Origin: Macrostomum lignano
Lineage: Eukaryota
Direction: 5' to 3'
Length of the DNA stretch: 64,000 bases
Assembly: GCA_002269645.1 (NCBI GenBank)
Contig: NIVC01003639.1
Location: forward strand, 22,279-86,278
Below, one piece after another: positions 48,911-63,000 of this stretch. Both the position numbers and the translations under genes were made by a program. Under the pieces are notes generated by a model. That model was not told the origin of the DNA. It made no database searches and saw only the letters and a list, made by a program, of their open reading frames with translations. Each line of letters starts with the position of its first letter. Position 1 is the stretch's first letter.

Positions 48911-50169
48911 CCCTTCCCTAAGTGATGTACGTTGGTCTCCTTGACTCTTCGTCTAATTAATGAGATTATAACGATATTTACAGCGATCAAAATCATCACA
49001 AGCATTCTCTTTTTTCTCGTTATGAAAGACACAGAGAAAGGAAATTAAAATAACAAAAATAATATACTTCCGTATACTTCAGAACCGCATTTTCTTTGCC
49101 AAAAAAGTGTTTGCAAACTCTCAAATTTCCATGCCCTGTCTCTGAAGTCGAGGGGGGGTCCAACGCGCTTTGACAACGATCTTCGGAGACTGACTGATGG
49201 ATCAAACTGATAGGAGATACTAACACAGCAGAAGTTGGCTGGCTATCGCTTATTGCATCAAAGTTGGGCGTGCGCCAAATGCAAATGCAATTACGTAATA
49301 TCAACAACACACACGGGGAGCACATTGAGGAAGTAGCAATTGACCCCTCTAACCTCCCCGGATGGCTCAGACTTTGAGGGATTTTCCAGGAGATCGGGAA
49401 ACTTCCCCTTGCCTCAATCACGCCCACCCCCTCCCTGCCAGATAACCCCACGCAGCATTTCTTCACTTCTCCTACTGCCGATATATTAATCCACTGCCGG
49501 AGCAGCAGCAATGAAAGCCCAGCTTCTCCTCGACATCCGGCTTTGGGGGGCTGTTGGGTGGGTCAGGCAAAGTTGAAGGAGGTCAGGTCACCCGCTTTTC
49601 GATATCATATTTCTCAATTTCCTTCAATTCTGCGAAGACTTTTTCTAAGCGGGGCTCGACATCTCGACTTGAGGAGCCCATCTGATGTATTTTACGTCGT
49701 GGCAACTTTCTAAGAAGACGTAGACTGAAGTGCTTTTTAAAACATATTTATAACATATTTCTATAACTCAATATAGCATTGATCTGTTAGAATAAGATTG
49801 ACGCCCTGCCCTACCTTCTCTGCACCAGTGTCAGACCCAGTGACAAAGAAAATTCGGATGGGGCGGAGGCGGCGGCGGCCAGAGGAGGGTCAAGGAGGCG
49901 CCACCCCTGCAATAATTAGTTTGTGACGCAATCGGTCCAGTTTCCAGTTCGATTCAGAGACGCGATCTGCCTGTCAGAATCTGTTAGGCTCGGGCCGATC
50001 GAAGGATGGGAGAAATTCCTCTGACAGATAAGTGGGCTCCGGGCGCGCGATGCCAGGGATAGACTGGGGATATTCAAAACTGGGAAAATTGTTAAGGTGA
50101 AAGAAAGAATTTGGATTGATCAGAATCAGAAACTCAAAGTATTTTGAGTGAGAGGTATTGCCTTCAAAT

Positions 50170-50412
50170 GACAAGGACTGCTTAAGAGTAACAAGGAATG
50201 CATGAGAGTGACAAGGTATGCATGAGGGTGACAAGAAATGCATAGGAGAGACAAGGAATGAATAGGAGTGACAAGGAATGCATGAGAGTGACAAGGAATG
50301 CATTAGGGTGACAACAAATTTATGGGAGTGACAAGGAATGCATAGGAGTGACAAGGATTGCATAAAGGTGACAAGAAAGTCACAATAGTGGCAAGAAATG
50401 CATGGGAGTGAC
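50170..50412. repeat. 20 bp degenerate tandem repeat (GTGACAAGGAATGCATGGGA)
   Basis: ACAAGG at 50171, 50191, 50211 and onward. Confidence 0.85.
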
Positions 50413-50865
50413 ATGTTTGTAAAATCAAGTACATAAAGTTCTGAAATTAATTAAGCTTGCAGAAATCAAGTACCGTCAGTATTTACCGACGCAATTTTAA
50501 TTAATTGACTGAACCAACTCAATTGAGACGTCTCTGCACTTTAGACTGATTGATGCCTTATCAGGAGTGAGGTGGGGAGAGATAACAGAGGTTGGAGGCT
50601 CAACATAATTAAGGCGAGCATCGACGTGACTCTGAAGAATGAAGAGGCCACAGACTTTAAGATTTGTTGAGCCTTGAAGTTGAAGCATTTTAATGAGCAG
50701 CATAATTCAATGATGAAAAGTTCATCTCAATCTCAAAATTATTTTTCAGCTCTTATTGTTGCCGCTAAGCTGACAGCAGCTGACAGAATTTGGCGGAAAA
50801 AGTGTCAAAGTTAATTAGCCCTTTATCGAAGCTGATATGAAGTCCTGGGCGCTGCTCAGATAGCT

Positions 50866-51515
50866 CTCTTCTCTCCCCTCTCCTCCTCTCCCCTCTCCTT
50901 CTCTCCCCTCTCCTTCTCTCCCCTCTCCTTCTCTCCCTCCACTTCTCTCCCCTCTCCTTCTCTCCCTCCACTTCTCTCCCCTCTCCTCCTCTCCCCTCTC
51001 CTTCTCCCCTCCCCTCTCCTTCTCTCCCCTCTCCTTCTCTCCCTCCACTTCTCTCCCCTCTCCTCCTCTCCCCTCTCCTTCTCTCCCCTCTCCTCCTCTC
51101 CCTCTCCTTCTCTCCCCTCTCCTTCTCTCCCTCCACTTCTCTCCCCTCTCCTCCTCTCCCCTCTCCTTCTCTCCCCTCTCCTCCTCTCCCCTCTCCTTCT
51201 CTCCCTCCACTTCTCTCCCCTCTCCTCCTCTCCCCTCTCCTTCTCTCCCCTCTCCTTCTCTCCCTCCACTTCTCTCCCCTCTCCTCCTCTCCCCTCTCCT
51301 TCTCTCCCCTCTCCTCCTCTCCCCTCTCCTTCTCTCCCTCCACTTCTCTCCCCTCTCCTTCTCTCCCTCCACTTCTCTCCCCTCTCCTTCTCTCCCCTCT
51401 CCTCCTCTCCCCTCTCCTTCTCTTTCCTATTTTCCTGTCTCCTTCTCTCCTCTTTATTCTTCTCTCCCCTCCTCCCCATCTCCGTTCTCTACTCCTCTCC
51501 CCCTATCCCCTTCTC
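50866..51515. repeat. Polypyrimidine (CT-rich) composite repeat
   Basis: CTCTCCCCTCTCCTT-type units. Confidence 0.93.
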
Positions 51516-52257
51516 TCGTATATCAACAACCCCCTTTCCCTGCTCCTTCTCTGTTAGAAATGCTAGACTTTGACTGCATTTCGCAGTCAGTCAGCGAGCC
51601 AATGAAATCGATTCAAAACAGACGGCGACAATATCAATAACAAAGTGTTAATCCGTTAGCAACAGGCCATAAAAAAGAACGAAACAAGCAACAACAAAGT
51701 AAAACAGAATCTTACTCAGAGAAATGAGTTCAGTAGGCCAGACCTGACAGGTAGCATGACTGCGAACATGAATGGCTCAAATATTGACTCAAGCCGAATG
51801 CTTTTCTGCTTGCGTGAGTTTGTGTTTGTACTCGGCGAAAGGGCCGCCCGCCAGCGCATTAAAAGCAAAATCGCCAGAGTGAGAGTGCAGACGCTGGCAA
51901 ACACAAGCAAAATGGTGTGACTCAGAGTTAAGAAAACTGTAACTAATTCCTCTTATAGAATCAAATGGCACAGGGTTTTTGTTTTGACGGAGTAAAATAG
52001 CCAACAGAGTTACCGTAAGCCAATGATACACTCGGGAATTAAGTGATTTGTGTGAAGTCACGTTTCCAAGTATTCTTTTTTTGCGGCTAAGGGCAGACGT
52101 GAGAGCTGTTAGTTCTGGGCTATTGGGCCACGGGGAAAGGATAGAAGCTGTGATGACACTGTTATAGCTATTGAGATTCCGCCTTTCAAAATACAACGGG
52201 TTATTGGGCAAAAAGAGAGAGAATAAGTGGTGTCATTGTAGATTGAGTGAGTGAGGA

Positions 52258-53160
52258 TTTGGAGGGTGAGAGGGAGATGGAGGGTGAGAGGGAGATGGAG
52301 GGTGAGAGGGAGATGGAGGGTGAGAGGGAGATGGAGGGTGAGAGGGAGATGGAGGGTGAGAGGAAGATGGAGGGTGAGAGGGAGATGGAGGGTGGGAGGG
52401 AGATGGAGGGTGAGAGGGAGATGGAGGGTGAGAGGGAGATGGAGGGTGAGAGGGAGATGGAGGGTGAGAGGGAGATGGAGGGTGAGAGAGATGGAGGGTG
52501 AGAGGGAGAAGCAGGGTGAGAGGGAGATTGGAGGGTGAGAGGGAGATGGAGGGTGAGAGAGAGATGGAGGGTGAGAGAGAGATGGAGGGTGAGAGGGAGA
52601 TGGAGGGTGAGAGAGAGATGGAGGGTGAGAGGGAGATGGAGGGTGAGAGGGAGATGGAGGGTGAGAGAGAGATGGAGGGTGAGAGAGAGATGGAGGGTGA
52701 GAGGGAGATGGAGGGTGAGAGGGAGATGGAGGGTGAGAGGGAGATGGAGGGTGAGAGGGAGATGGAGGGTGAGAGGGAGATGGAGGGTGAGAGGGAGAAG
52801 CAGGGTGAGAGGGAGATGGAGGGTGAGAGGGAGAAGCAGGGTGAGAGGGAGATGGAGGGTGAGAGGGAGAAGCAGGGTGAGAGGGAGATTGGAGGGTGAG
52901 AGGGAGATGGAAGGTGAGAGGGAGATGGAGGGTGAGAGGGAGATGGAGGGTGAAAGGGAGGTAGAGGGTGAAAGGGAGGTAGAGGGTGAAAGGGAGGTAG
53001 AGGGTGAAAGGGAGATGGAGGGAGAGAGGGAGATTGAAGTTGAGAGGGAGATGGAAGGTGAGAGGGAGATGGAAGGTGAGAGGGAGATGGAGGGTGAAAG
53101 GGAGATGGAGGGAGAGAGGGAGATTGAAGTTGAGAGGGAGATGGAAGGGAAGAGGGAGAT
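52258..53160. repeat. 18 bp minisatellite (TGGAGGGTGAGAGGGAGA), ~50 copies
   Basis: MEGERE periodic ORF. Confidence 0.96.
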
Positions 53161-53929
53161 AGCGATTGATAAGGGTGAGAGAAGATTGAGAAAGAGAGAG
53201 AGAGGAGATGGAGAAGGAGAGGAGGATTTAGAGATGCAGCAGAGGCCAGAGAGCCAGCAGACAGCGGTTGCCGGCGGTGCCCTCACCAGAAAAGTACCCC
53301 TGTCCCCCCTGTCCCAACCGCGGAAGCCGGCGCGTCACAGAGAGAAATCGAGAAAGAATGAGAGAAGAAAGTTCAAACACTTCAGCAGCCGGAGGCTGGC
53401 CCGTCCCGCCCACCAATTCAGCCCCCCCCGGGGCACTCCATCATCTCAAAGTCCTCAATTTTTACCCCCCCCCCTATCCGGAGAGGCTGGGCGCGGAAAG
53501 GAGATGGCGATCTGCCCGAGTCGCGATTTGAGGAGGTCTCGAATACCCTCCGGTCATGGCAGCCCGGGCGTGGAAGTGGAAAATAGGAGGGAGGGTGGAG
53601 GGTATGGGATATCTTCCCAGCTAGCGGCTCAATTAGGCAGAGCTTCTGAATTGCGGCAAAAATCTAAGAAAAACTGCTCACCGACATTGGCTGAGTAAAT
53701 CTGCGCCTAAGTGGGAGGGAAGTTTGATTTATTTTTAATTCTTCTCTGTCTTAATTCCTTCCCGCATCAGTTCTTTGTACGAGTACTTCGCGTCTCGTAT
53801 TGCAACGTCAATTTCAGTTTATCGCATATTCTCTCCTCTTAGATTCTTCCTGAAGCTCATCTTTTCCCATCTGAGTCACACCTATCACCGGTTGCACCTG
53901 AATCTCATTTCTGTCTGTCTGTCTCTCTC

Positions 53930-54330
53930 TCTCTCTCCATGAATCTGATCTTCTCCCACCCCTGAATCTCTTGTTTTCTCTTCTCTCCCCTGAATCTCAT
54001 CTCCTCTCCTCTCCCCCTGAATCTCATCTCCTCTCCTCTCCCCTGAATCTCCTCTCCTCTCCTCTCCTCTCCCCCTGAATATCATCTCATCTCCTCTCCT
54101 CCCTAAATCTCATCTTATCTTCTCTCTCCTCCGAGTCTCATCTCATCTCCTCTTTCCTTTGAATCCCATCTTCTCTCATCTCATCTCCTCTCCCCCAAAA
54201 TCTCATCTCATCTCCTCTCCCCCAAAATCTCATCTCATCTTCTCTCTCCCCAAAAATCTCATCTCATCTTTTCTCTCCCCTGATCCCCTGAATGTCATCT
54301 CATCTCTCTCCGCCTAATCTTACCTCCTCT
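53930..54330. repeat. Degenerate CT-rich repeat (CTGAATCTCATCTCCTCTCC)
   Basis: Directly visible. Confidence 0.8.
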
Positions 54331-54939
54331 CCTCTCACCCTTGATTCCCATCTCTCAATTCTCATCACTGAATCCCGTCTCTCATCTCAGCCTTACTTCC
54401 CCAAGAATGCCATCACCGCAGACTCCCAGCCGGACAGAATCGCTCCCAACCCAATGGAATTGGGAAAAATCTATCATCACGCAGATGAGGATTGCTCGGC
54501 CGGGTGACGAGCTGCCTGCCACCTCCAGCGCCGGGGCCCCAAGAGGCTGGGAGTCACTTCAGTTCAACTGCCGGTCGTCGGCAGATGTTTCCTGCCAGCG
54601 CTAATCCCCGCCTATTCCCAGACAATTTCGACAGCCTATTTTCTGGGTTGGGTGGATGTTCGGGATTCCAGAATGTGAAGCTCCTTCGCATGTCTCCGCC
54701 CCCTGTCCCTGCTCACAGCGAGTCCTCAACTTCATCCCCAGATTGTCTGAAGCAGGATCTCAGCTTTATCTAATAGGAATTCTCTAGAATGAATCTTCTG
54801 CAGATTCAGTTGGGATCAATAGTAGTTGAACTTGGTGACCCTGTTGAATGTGTAGCAACGGTTTAGTTACCTTACGGATGTGGACAATGGATCGCATATT
54901 TGAAGAAGGGAAGAAGGAGAGATGAGAGGGTAGAGGGGA

Positions 54940-55190
54940 GAGAGTGGATGTGTCAGCAGGGGTGAGAGAGGGTGGATGTGTCAGAGCAAGGGTGAGTAGA
55001 TATGTCAAAGCAGGGGTGAGAAGATAAAGAGTGGATGTGTCAGAGCAGGGGTGAGAAGATAAAGAGTGGATGTGTCAGAGCAGGGGTGAGTAGATGTGTC
55101 AAAGCAGGGGTGAGAAGATAAAGAGTGGATGTGTCAGCGCAGGGGTGAGAGGGAGATACCGGATGTGTCAGAGCAGGGGTGAGAGGAGAG
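54940..55190. repeat. ~35 bp tandem repeat (GAGTGGATGTGTCAGAGCAGGGGTGAGAAGATAAA)
   Basis: Period 35 (55021 to 55056); ~7 variable copies. Confidence 0.85.
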
Positions 55191-55824
55191 AAGAGACGCT
55201 CCTATACTTGAGCAGGCAAGCTCACAGGCCGAGAGCATTGCAAATGACACGACTCTGACAACCCTGAGGCTGCAACACCTCGAAGCAAGCTGCCTACAAT
55301 AGCCGAGAGCAGTTTCAATTTGATTAAAATAAAGTTTTTTTCACTCCCAGTTGGATAAAATAGTGTGGCTGATACAGGAATGCCCTTAGCCCGGGAGTTG
55401 CTCGCACTGGTTCCTTCCTGCCCACCCCTCCGCCCGCTCCTTGCTCGGCAAACAATGGCTGTTGGCTCTGGGGGGGGGGGGGTTGCAGTCCAAGCAGACC
55501 GACTGCTTGGCAGCAGCGTTGAACCGCAGTTGTTGCGTGCAGTGTTTCGTTTCTGAGGCCTCTGTTGGACAAGCATGACAGCCGGGAGTGCAAACACTGG
55601 GGGGGGGGGGCTGGCTACCTTACTCACTTTACTCGCCTTTGAGCTCATATATCCAAGCAATGTTGCCAAACTAAGGGCGTACGTGTACTTGATGCATAGA
55701 AGGAGAAGTTAAATAATGAGTTCAGGCTGGTCCGGCAGATAACTTCGGCTATTTTATTGACTCGATTTTATAAATCAAAGTTTACATCTTTAACTCTTCT
55801 TTAAATTTTAAATGGATTTAAAAA

Positions 55825-55990
55825 TGGCGCCGATTTAATTTAAAGAATGGCGCCAATTTGATTTGAAGAATGACGCCAATTTGATTTGAAAAATGCTCCG
55901 ATTTGATTTAATTAAACTGGGCGCCGATCTACCTGGATTTGGCGCCGATCTACAAAGACTGGGTGCCGATCTATAAAGGTTGGGCGCCAA
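55825..55990. repeat. Degenerate ~23 bp repeat with GGCGCC cores
   Basis: AATGGCGCCGATTT-like units, ~7 copies. Confidence 0.7.
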
Positions 55991-56788
55991 CTTCTGCCTG
56001 ATGGAACCGGATCTGTTTGCCAATTAGTCTCTGTCAGGACCGCCTGACTTTCATGGGGATGATGGGGCAATCAGTGAGAGAGGAAAAATACAATTAGAGA
56101 ACAGGAGAGGAGAGTCCAGGCGGGATACAGATATCGAGATTATCTGACCGGCAATTATCAGTTGCCGCATCGGCTTCAGCCCCGTGGACGCCAATTCTTA
56201 TCTATTGTGCAGAAATTCCGCGCTACAAAAGCGATGACAAGGTCCCACCTGGTAACAAAGCATCAGCGGGGGGGGGCTCTGCGCAGACAATCTTGGCGGT
56301 GACTAAGACGCTACGAGATCCTCAGCAATGACTTGATGGTCAAAAAAGTATCTGTTGCTTCTCTGCTGCGTGTGTCTAGAATTCTTACATCAATTAACAC
56401 TGCGCAGGAATTCAGGTATAAGGGATCTGAGAGAGGGGATTAGAGAAAGGGGGAAAGGTCGGAGGCCGGCGCCCCGCACGGCTAATGTGGGATAATCTTC
56501 CCAAATCTGAATCCTCTCTTAAAGAATTCCACGCAACTGGGCATCAGCTGCTGCCGTTGTTCAAATTCCATAAGGCTGCTGCATGCTTTTCACCGCAGAT
56601 CTGCAAGGCAGTAAGCGGCTCCACACAAGACAGATTTCAAAGCCCGGGGTACTTTAGGGTACAAGAAGTTGCGGGCTGAATTGGATTTGACAGCAGTTAG
56701 ATGAGAGTTTTTATACGAGTAGTATGTTATGTATGCGAACAGGCTGCTATGCTTGCAGTCCTGTGAAGTTCTAAATTTTCTATAATTG

Positions 56789-57610
56789 ATAGTTCCCCAC
56801 CCTTGATTAGTTCCCCACCCTTGATTAGTTCCCCACCCTTGATTAGTTCCCCACCCTTGATTAGTTCCCCACCCTTGATTAGTTCCCCACCCTTGATTAG
56901 TTCCCCACCCTTGATTAGTTCCCCACCCTTGATTAGTTCCCCACCCTTGATTAGTTCCCCACCCTTGATTAGTTCCCGACCCTTGATTAGTTCCCCACCC
57001 TTGATTAGTTCCCCATCCTTGATTAGTTCCCCATTCTTGATTAGTTCCCCATCCTTGATTAGTTCCCTATCCTTGATTAGTTCCCCATCCTTGATTAGTT
57101 CCCTACCCTTGATTAGTTCCCCATCCTTGATTAGTTCCCCACCCTTGATTAGTTTCCCATCCTTGATTAGTTCCCCATCCTTGATTAGTTCCCTATCCTT
57201 GATTAGTTCCCCATCCTTGATTAGTTCCCTATCCTTGATTAGTTCCCCATCCTTGATTAGTTCCCCACCCTTGATTAGTTCCCCACCCTTGATTAGTTCC
57301 CCACCCTTGATTAGTTCTCCACCCTTGATTAGTTCTCCACCCTTAGTTCCCCATCCTTGATTAGTTCCCCATCCTTGATTAGTTCCCTACCCTTGATTAG
57401 TTCCCCATCCTTGATTAGTTCCCCATCCTTGATTAGTTCCCCATCCTTGATTAGTTCCCCATCTGTGTTTAGTTCCCCATCCTTGATTAGCTCCCCATCC
57501 TTGATTAGTTCCCCACCCTTGATTAGTTCCCCACCCTTGATTAGTTCCCCACCCTTGATTAGTTCCCCACCCTTGATTAGTTCCCCATCCTTGATTAGTT
57601 CCCCATCCTT
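56789..57610. repeat. 18 bp minisatellite (TTGATTAGTTCCCCACCC), ~45 copies
   Basis: ISSPPL periodic ORF. Confidence 0.97.
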
Positions 57611-58159
57611 GTTAGTAACAAAGTAAAATCCAAAGCTCAAAAAATGGCAACATCGCCGTAAAAATCCAGTGTTTTATGGCGTCGCGGCCAGCTCGGGTCA
57701 CCGACGTTTTATACCGACACCCTGCATGCCCAGCCAGTGATGCTAGTGGAGGAGGGATAATATTAACTCGAGTGGTATGATGCCGAATTTGGTTTTGTTG
57801 CCACTTAAGATCCCAGAGGGAGGAAGATTAAAGTATTTGGTAACTTACTCTGGTGCTAGCTGCGCTATAGCAAGAGATTAGTACCGTACTACATAACACT
57901 GTACGCCTTACAAACTGCTTTTAAGATAAAAAGGTCAGCTGAGGTCGTCAATTTCCCAGAGATCTTTACTAAAACGGCCGCACGGGGAATGCCAATAAAT
58001 TTGACGACATATCCATACACTAAAAATGGTCTGTCGGTAGGTGTGTGGTCGATTTAAGAAAAAATTGTCACTAAAACTGTCAATTAAATGAGGCTAACTT
58101 TGTTTTTCTTGGAATTCCTAATAGGCTGTACCTTATTTTGTTAAGAACTTCTAAGCTGA

Positions 58160-58835
58160 CAGGGAATCACTCAGATGCCAAGGCTTATGGGTATGAATCA
58201 CTCAGTTTCTAATGTTCATGGGGAATCATTCAGATGCTATGCATGGCTCATGCCATGGGAATCACTCAGATGCCAATGGTCATGGGGAATCACTCAGATG
58301 CCAATGGTCATGGAGAATCACTCAGATGCCAATGGTCATGGGGAATCACTCAGATGCTAATGGTCATGGGGAATCACTCAGATGCCAATGGTCATGGAGA
58401 ATCACTCAGATGCCAATGGTCATGGGGAATCACTCAGATGCCAATGGTCATGGGGAATCACTCAGATGCCAATGGTCATGAGGAATCACTCAGATGCCAA
58501 TGGTCATGTGGAATCACTCAGATGCCAATGGTCATGGGGAATCACTCAGATGCCAATGGTCATGGGGAATCACTCAGATGCCAATGGTCATGAGGAATCA
58601 CTCAGATGCCAATGGTCATGGGGAATCACTCAGATGCTAATGGTCATGGGGAATCACTCAGATGCCAATGGTCATGGGGAATCACTCAGATGCCAATGGT
58701 CATGGAGAATCACTCAGATGCTAATGGTCATGGGGAATCACTCAGATGCCAATGGTCATGGAGAATCACTCAGATGCTAATGGTCATGAGGAATCACTCA
58801 GATGCCAATGGTCATGGGGAATCACTCAGATGCCA
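58160..58835. repeat. 28 bp minisatellite (GAATCACTCAGATGCCAATGGTCATGGG), ~23 copies
   Basis: 28-aa (3-unit) periodicity in the ORFs. Confidence 0.96.
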
Positions 58836-60037
58836 AGCATGTGACAAAGGCTTTAACATACCAGTAGAATATCTCATATGAAATGAACTGAAAGGCAAAG
58901 ACTGATAGCTAAATTTAATAGAAAAACGTGTTAGAATGGAATTGATTGTGAAGTGATTTAGCTTTCTTCGTTGTTTTATTTTCATTTTCACATCATTTTA
59001 AACTTTAGGCTTTAGAAGATAGCAAATTACTGTAAAAAGAATGAAGTTTCGAGACTGACAGTAAACTGTTATAACTAAATATTTTTGCTTGCATCAAACA
59101 CACCAAACTATGATGAATAATTTAAAGAAGCTTCCATTTCTATAAATTGTAAAAATGGCAAACGTGGAGATTAAAGAATAGACACAGTAAAATACTCGTA
59201 GAAAACACTTTTTAGAACAAAACTATGAAAATTGAAAATATAAGGTTGAACCAAAACTGAATGAAAATTGTTGTTTTTAAAAAATAAATGTTTAAAACGG
59301 GCCATACTACTTTCAGTAACAAAAATTGAAATTAATGACAAGACTATCGTTTTTTACTCCCGAGTTCTCGATATATACTACTAACTGCAAGCCAATGCAA
59401 ACTAGTCCTTAAAGAGTAGTTACTCGTACTACAAATTGAGACAAATGTCAATGCCTCAATTTGTCTATGGCCAAACCCATTCAGTGCTTTGCGTTCTCTA
59501 AGAGTGTTTTTTTCGGTGAAGCCTCCTATAGTGTCGAGTTCTTTTCGTATCGTTTCCTAATGCGCAACACAAGAGACAACCTTAATGTGTGAAAATCTCA
59601 AGCAGTCACCGAATATTCAACTTGGCACTTTAGGTAAACTTCAGCCTTCGCTCTTTGATTTTATTTCAGCCTATCTCTTTTTGGCCTGTTTATTAGATAA
59701 GTTTTAAGAAATTTCTGCTCGATTGTACACATTTTGACTGCTTTCAATTAGAAGAAGTACATAAAGAAAAGTGTTATGACTATGTTGTCGAAATAGTATT
59801 ATGCTTGTATAGTTTAGATTTGAGCTTTGCCCCAGTTCCTTACTTCTCCTTCCTGTCTAAATGGAAATGTTAAACATGGTGTTCTAAAATGGAATGACGC
59901 AATTTCAGTTTTCTGTACTACTTAAGTTTTTCAGCTCTCTGTCTGGTCTGGTAATGTCTGGTAATGATCAAATTAAGAAAAAACTGACTTAATTGCTGTT
60001 GTTTAAAACTCGCCTTAACTCGAATACAATACAGCCG

Positions 60038-63000
60038 TCACTGCGTGAACTTTATAGTCGTGAACACTCGATAGACAGGCAAAATTTGGTCCGGATTCGA
60101 AATCACCAGCATATTGGAGTAGTCGGAACTGCTGTCCCTAACTCGGACACAGTCGTACTCGGCCGGTTTATTAGGAGGCGGAGGATAATCCACTTCTCGA
60201 CCTGGCAGCACTCTGCACAGCAACAAGGCGTCTCCGTAATCCTTGGAGATATGCGTGAACTCGGAGAAATAAATGCCTCTACCGTAGGCCTGGCGGGTGC
60301 ACTTGTCCAGACGGAAGTTCTCCTTGAAGATCTGGTCGGCGCTGTTCCTGTTAGTACCGTGAAAGGCGTACACCCAGCAATCGCTGTTGTACTTATTGCG
60401 AAATTCTTCCTGTTTTGCTTTGAAATTTTGCTCGAGCTGGGCATTTCGATTGACCCACACCTCTGTGATGCTGCCCAGCGATTTGATGGTGCCGTCGATT
60501 CGCAAGTACTCCGACTGTACGGAGGCAAAGTGAAGAGCTTTGCAGCTGTCGCTGTCCGTCTTGTACCTGTCTGGCCTGATTTTCAATACGTGATTCTCTG
60601 CGCTAGGCGGCAAAGACATCACAGGCAGTTCTGCAAGGTTTGAATAGTGAATGACGTATTGAGGCACGGCTTGATGAGGATCAAAGATCACGTATTCATC
60701 AAAGAGGACACCGCCGGTAGATTTGGTGTTGCGCGGAGCGAAGAGCGAATCGTAGCCAATCTTTTTTAAATCCGCGTGCGACTTGTACATTTGTGTTGCC
60801 GAAGTAACTTTCAAGGTTCGTCCAATAAGCACTTCACAAAGCAGTAGCATGTTCGAGCCCTTCGTGTAGATCTGCTGGCTGCTCTTAGACGAATTGGTGG
60901 CAAAGTAAATTCCAGGACCGTACATTCCAGCCTTGGAAGGCAGTTTAAAGCCGTCAGTTACAATGCTATGCAGTGCGTTAGCAGAGGTACCATGAAACTT
61001 CTTCTCGCTTCGTCGTGGATCAGCCGCGCACTTGGCTTTGAAGTCCAGAAACTGCAGAGTTAGCTTTGAATTTTCGATTTTCTCTATTTTCGTAATAGCT
61101 GGATGCCATCCGTGCTCTGACTGAATGAACTTCATAACTCGATCGTGCACATCAAGGTACTCATCGCAGTAATCACCATCGCAGCTTATAGTCTTAACAC
61201 TTGAAGGTAAGTCTTTCATCGCTCTGATTTTTTTCAGCTCTTCAAAAGCGTTTCTTCGAATAGCCTGTTGCAGCTCAAGCAGCTGTTTTTTCTCGATTTC
61301 TGATTGAATACTGGCACAGACTTTACACTTCTCTGAATTGCACGGCTGATAGCACTGCAGCAGACATTTGTGACCACATCCCTCTAGCTGCTTGTTGCAA
61401 ATCTTCTTGCATTTGACTTGACTCTCCGGGATAGAGCATTCGATTTCAGCGGGATGAGCGCACGGCAGTATAAGCTTGATTTTTACTTGACAGGCGATAG
61501 ACGCGCAGTCAGAGGAGCAGGTGCCCGGGCAGCTGTGACCGCAAGCAAGTTTACGCTCGCACTTGGCATCGCACACGAATTGCTGGTCGCTCATGCAGCA
61601 GGGTACTTTAATGCTATGCTCACAGTTTGGATATTTAACAGTTGTTTGGACAAAGCACGGTTTAAGCTTGCAATCTTCACCGCACTTCAGTGTGCAGGGA
61701 TGATTACATGGCAGCTTTCGGCTGCACGGTTGCTGACATGTCATTACGTCTCTGTTTTCGCAACACTGAGTATTGATTGTGTGTCCACAAGGAAATCGGT
61801 GCGGAACTTTTCCTTACACGGACGACTGGAGCAGAGCTCGAAGCACTTCAGAAGACATTTGTGACCGCAGTTTAAAAGTCTCTCGCATTTTTCGTGACAT
61901 TTATAAAAACTATCTGGCATTCCGCACTCCTTCAATATCTCGTGTGAACACTCGGTAAACTTCATAGAAACTTTCGTCTTGCAGGTTTTCACACCGATTG
62001 GCTCACTGCAAAACTTCGTATCATTATGGTTGCACAACGGATGAACGAATGGAACAACGACCTTGCAATTGTCGTGCTCTTGATCGTGCGGTGGCTGACA
62101 AGGAAGCAAGCACGAATGAATGCCGCAAGACATTTGAATGCCGCAAACCTCCAAGCAGAATGGCGACATAGTGGGAATTTGATCGAAGCTCTCTGATTGC
62201 ACGACACTTTGCGCATGATTAGGGCAGCGCAGTGAAATCTTTGCTCCCATGCAGTTCGAGCCCTTCATCGCATCAATTAGAGGTCGCCAGACTTTTCCAT
62301 TCGGACTGTCGTAGATACAGTCAGCATTGCCAATGAAGACCATGGCCAACCTGGCTCTGGATTGAGCCACGCAGCGTCGATTGAGCGTTTTGAGAAAGCC
62401 GATGTTGTTGGAAGGATTCGAGCGAACTAGTGACACGATAACTATGTCATTTTCGTCACCTTGATACAGATCGATTGTGAAAATCTTTACGGACAAGTCA
62501 GCTTCAGTGACGACAGTGTTCGATTGTTCCGTTGGCGATTCAGTTAACTCTAGATCTTCGCAGTTCCGTTTCGAACGATGTTGAATTAGAATACGCAGGA
62601 AGTCGGATTTGGCTAAGAAGTCTTTTAAAAGGTTTCGGATTAGACAAGTTTGGCGTCTGTAGGCTGATAATATTGTGATTCGATCGGGATCGTAGCCTTG
62701 GAGGATGAGAAACATAGCGAGGCGGACGCAGCGCTGCGCCTCTTCCATGTTAGTCGCTCCATGGCCACCGGAGGTGGATTCAAGCTCTCGGTGCGTCCAG
62801 AAAAACGTGGGCACAGTGAAGCACCTAGGCTGGAGATCTCGTGAAACAACTTCTAGATTGTCGCGCAAGTTCGGATATATATCTCTTAGTAGAATACTGA
62901 GCTCCGGCTTCATGCGGCTCTGCAGCTCCAGTTGGTCGTACTTAATGCCATTGGCAATGAGCCGCTCCATCATCGACACGTCTAGATGGTAATCCTTTGC

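Noticed and set aside
59993-60643. 216-aa plus-strand ORF and other ORFs overlapping the ZNFX1-like gene
   Set aside because: Antisense shadows of the ART and helicase coding region.
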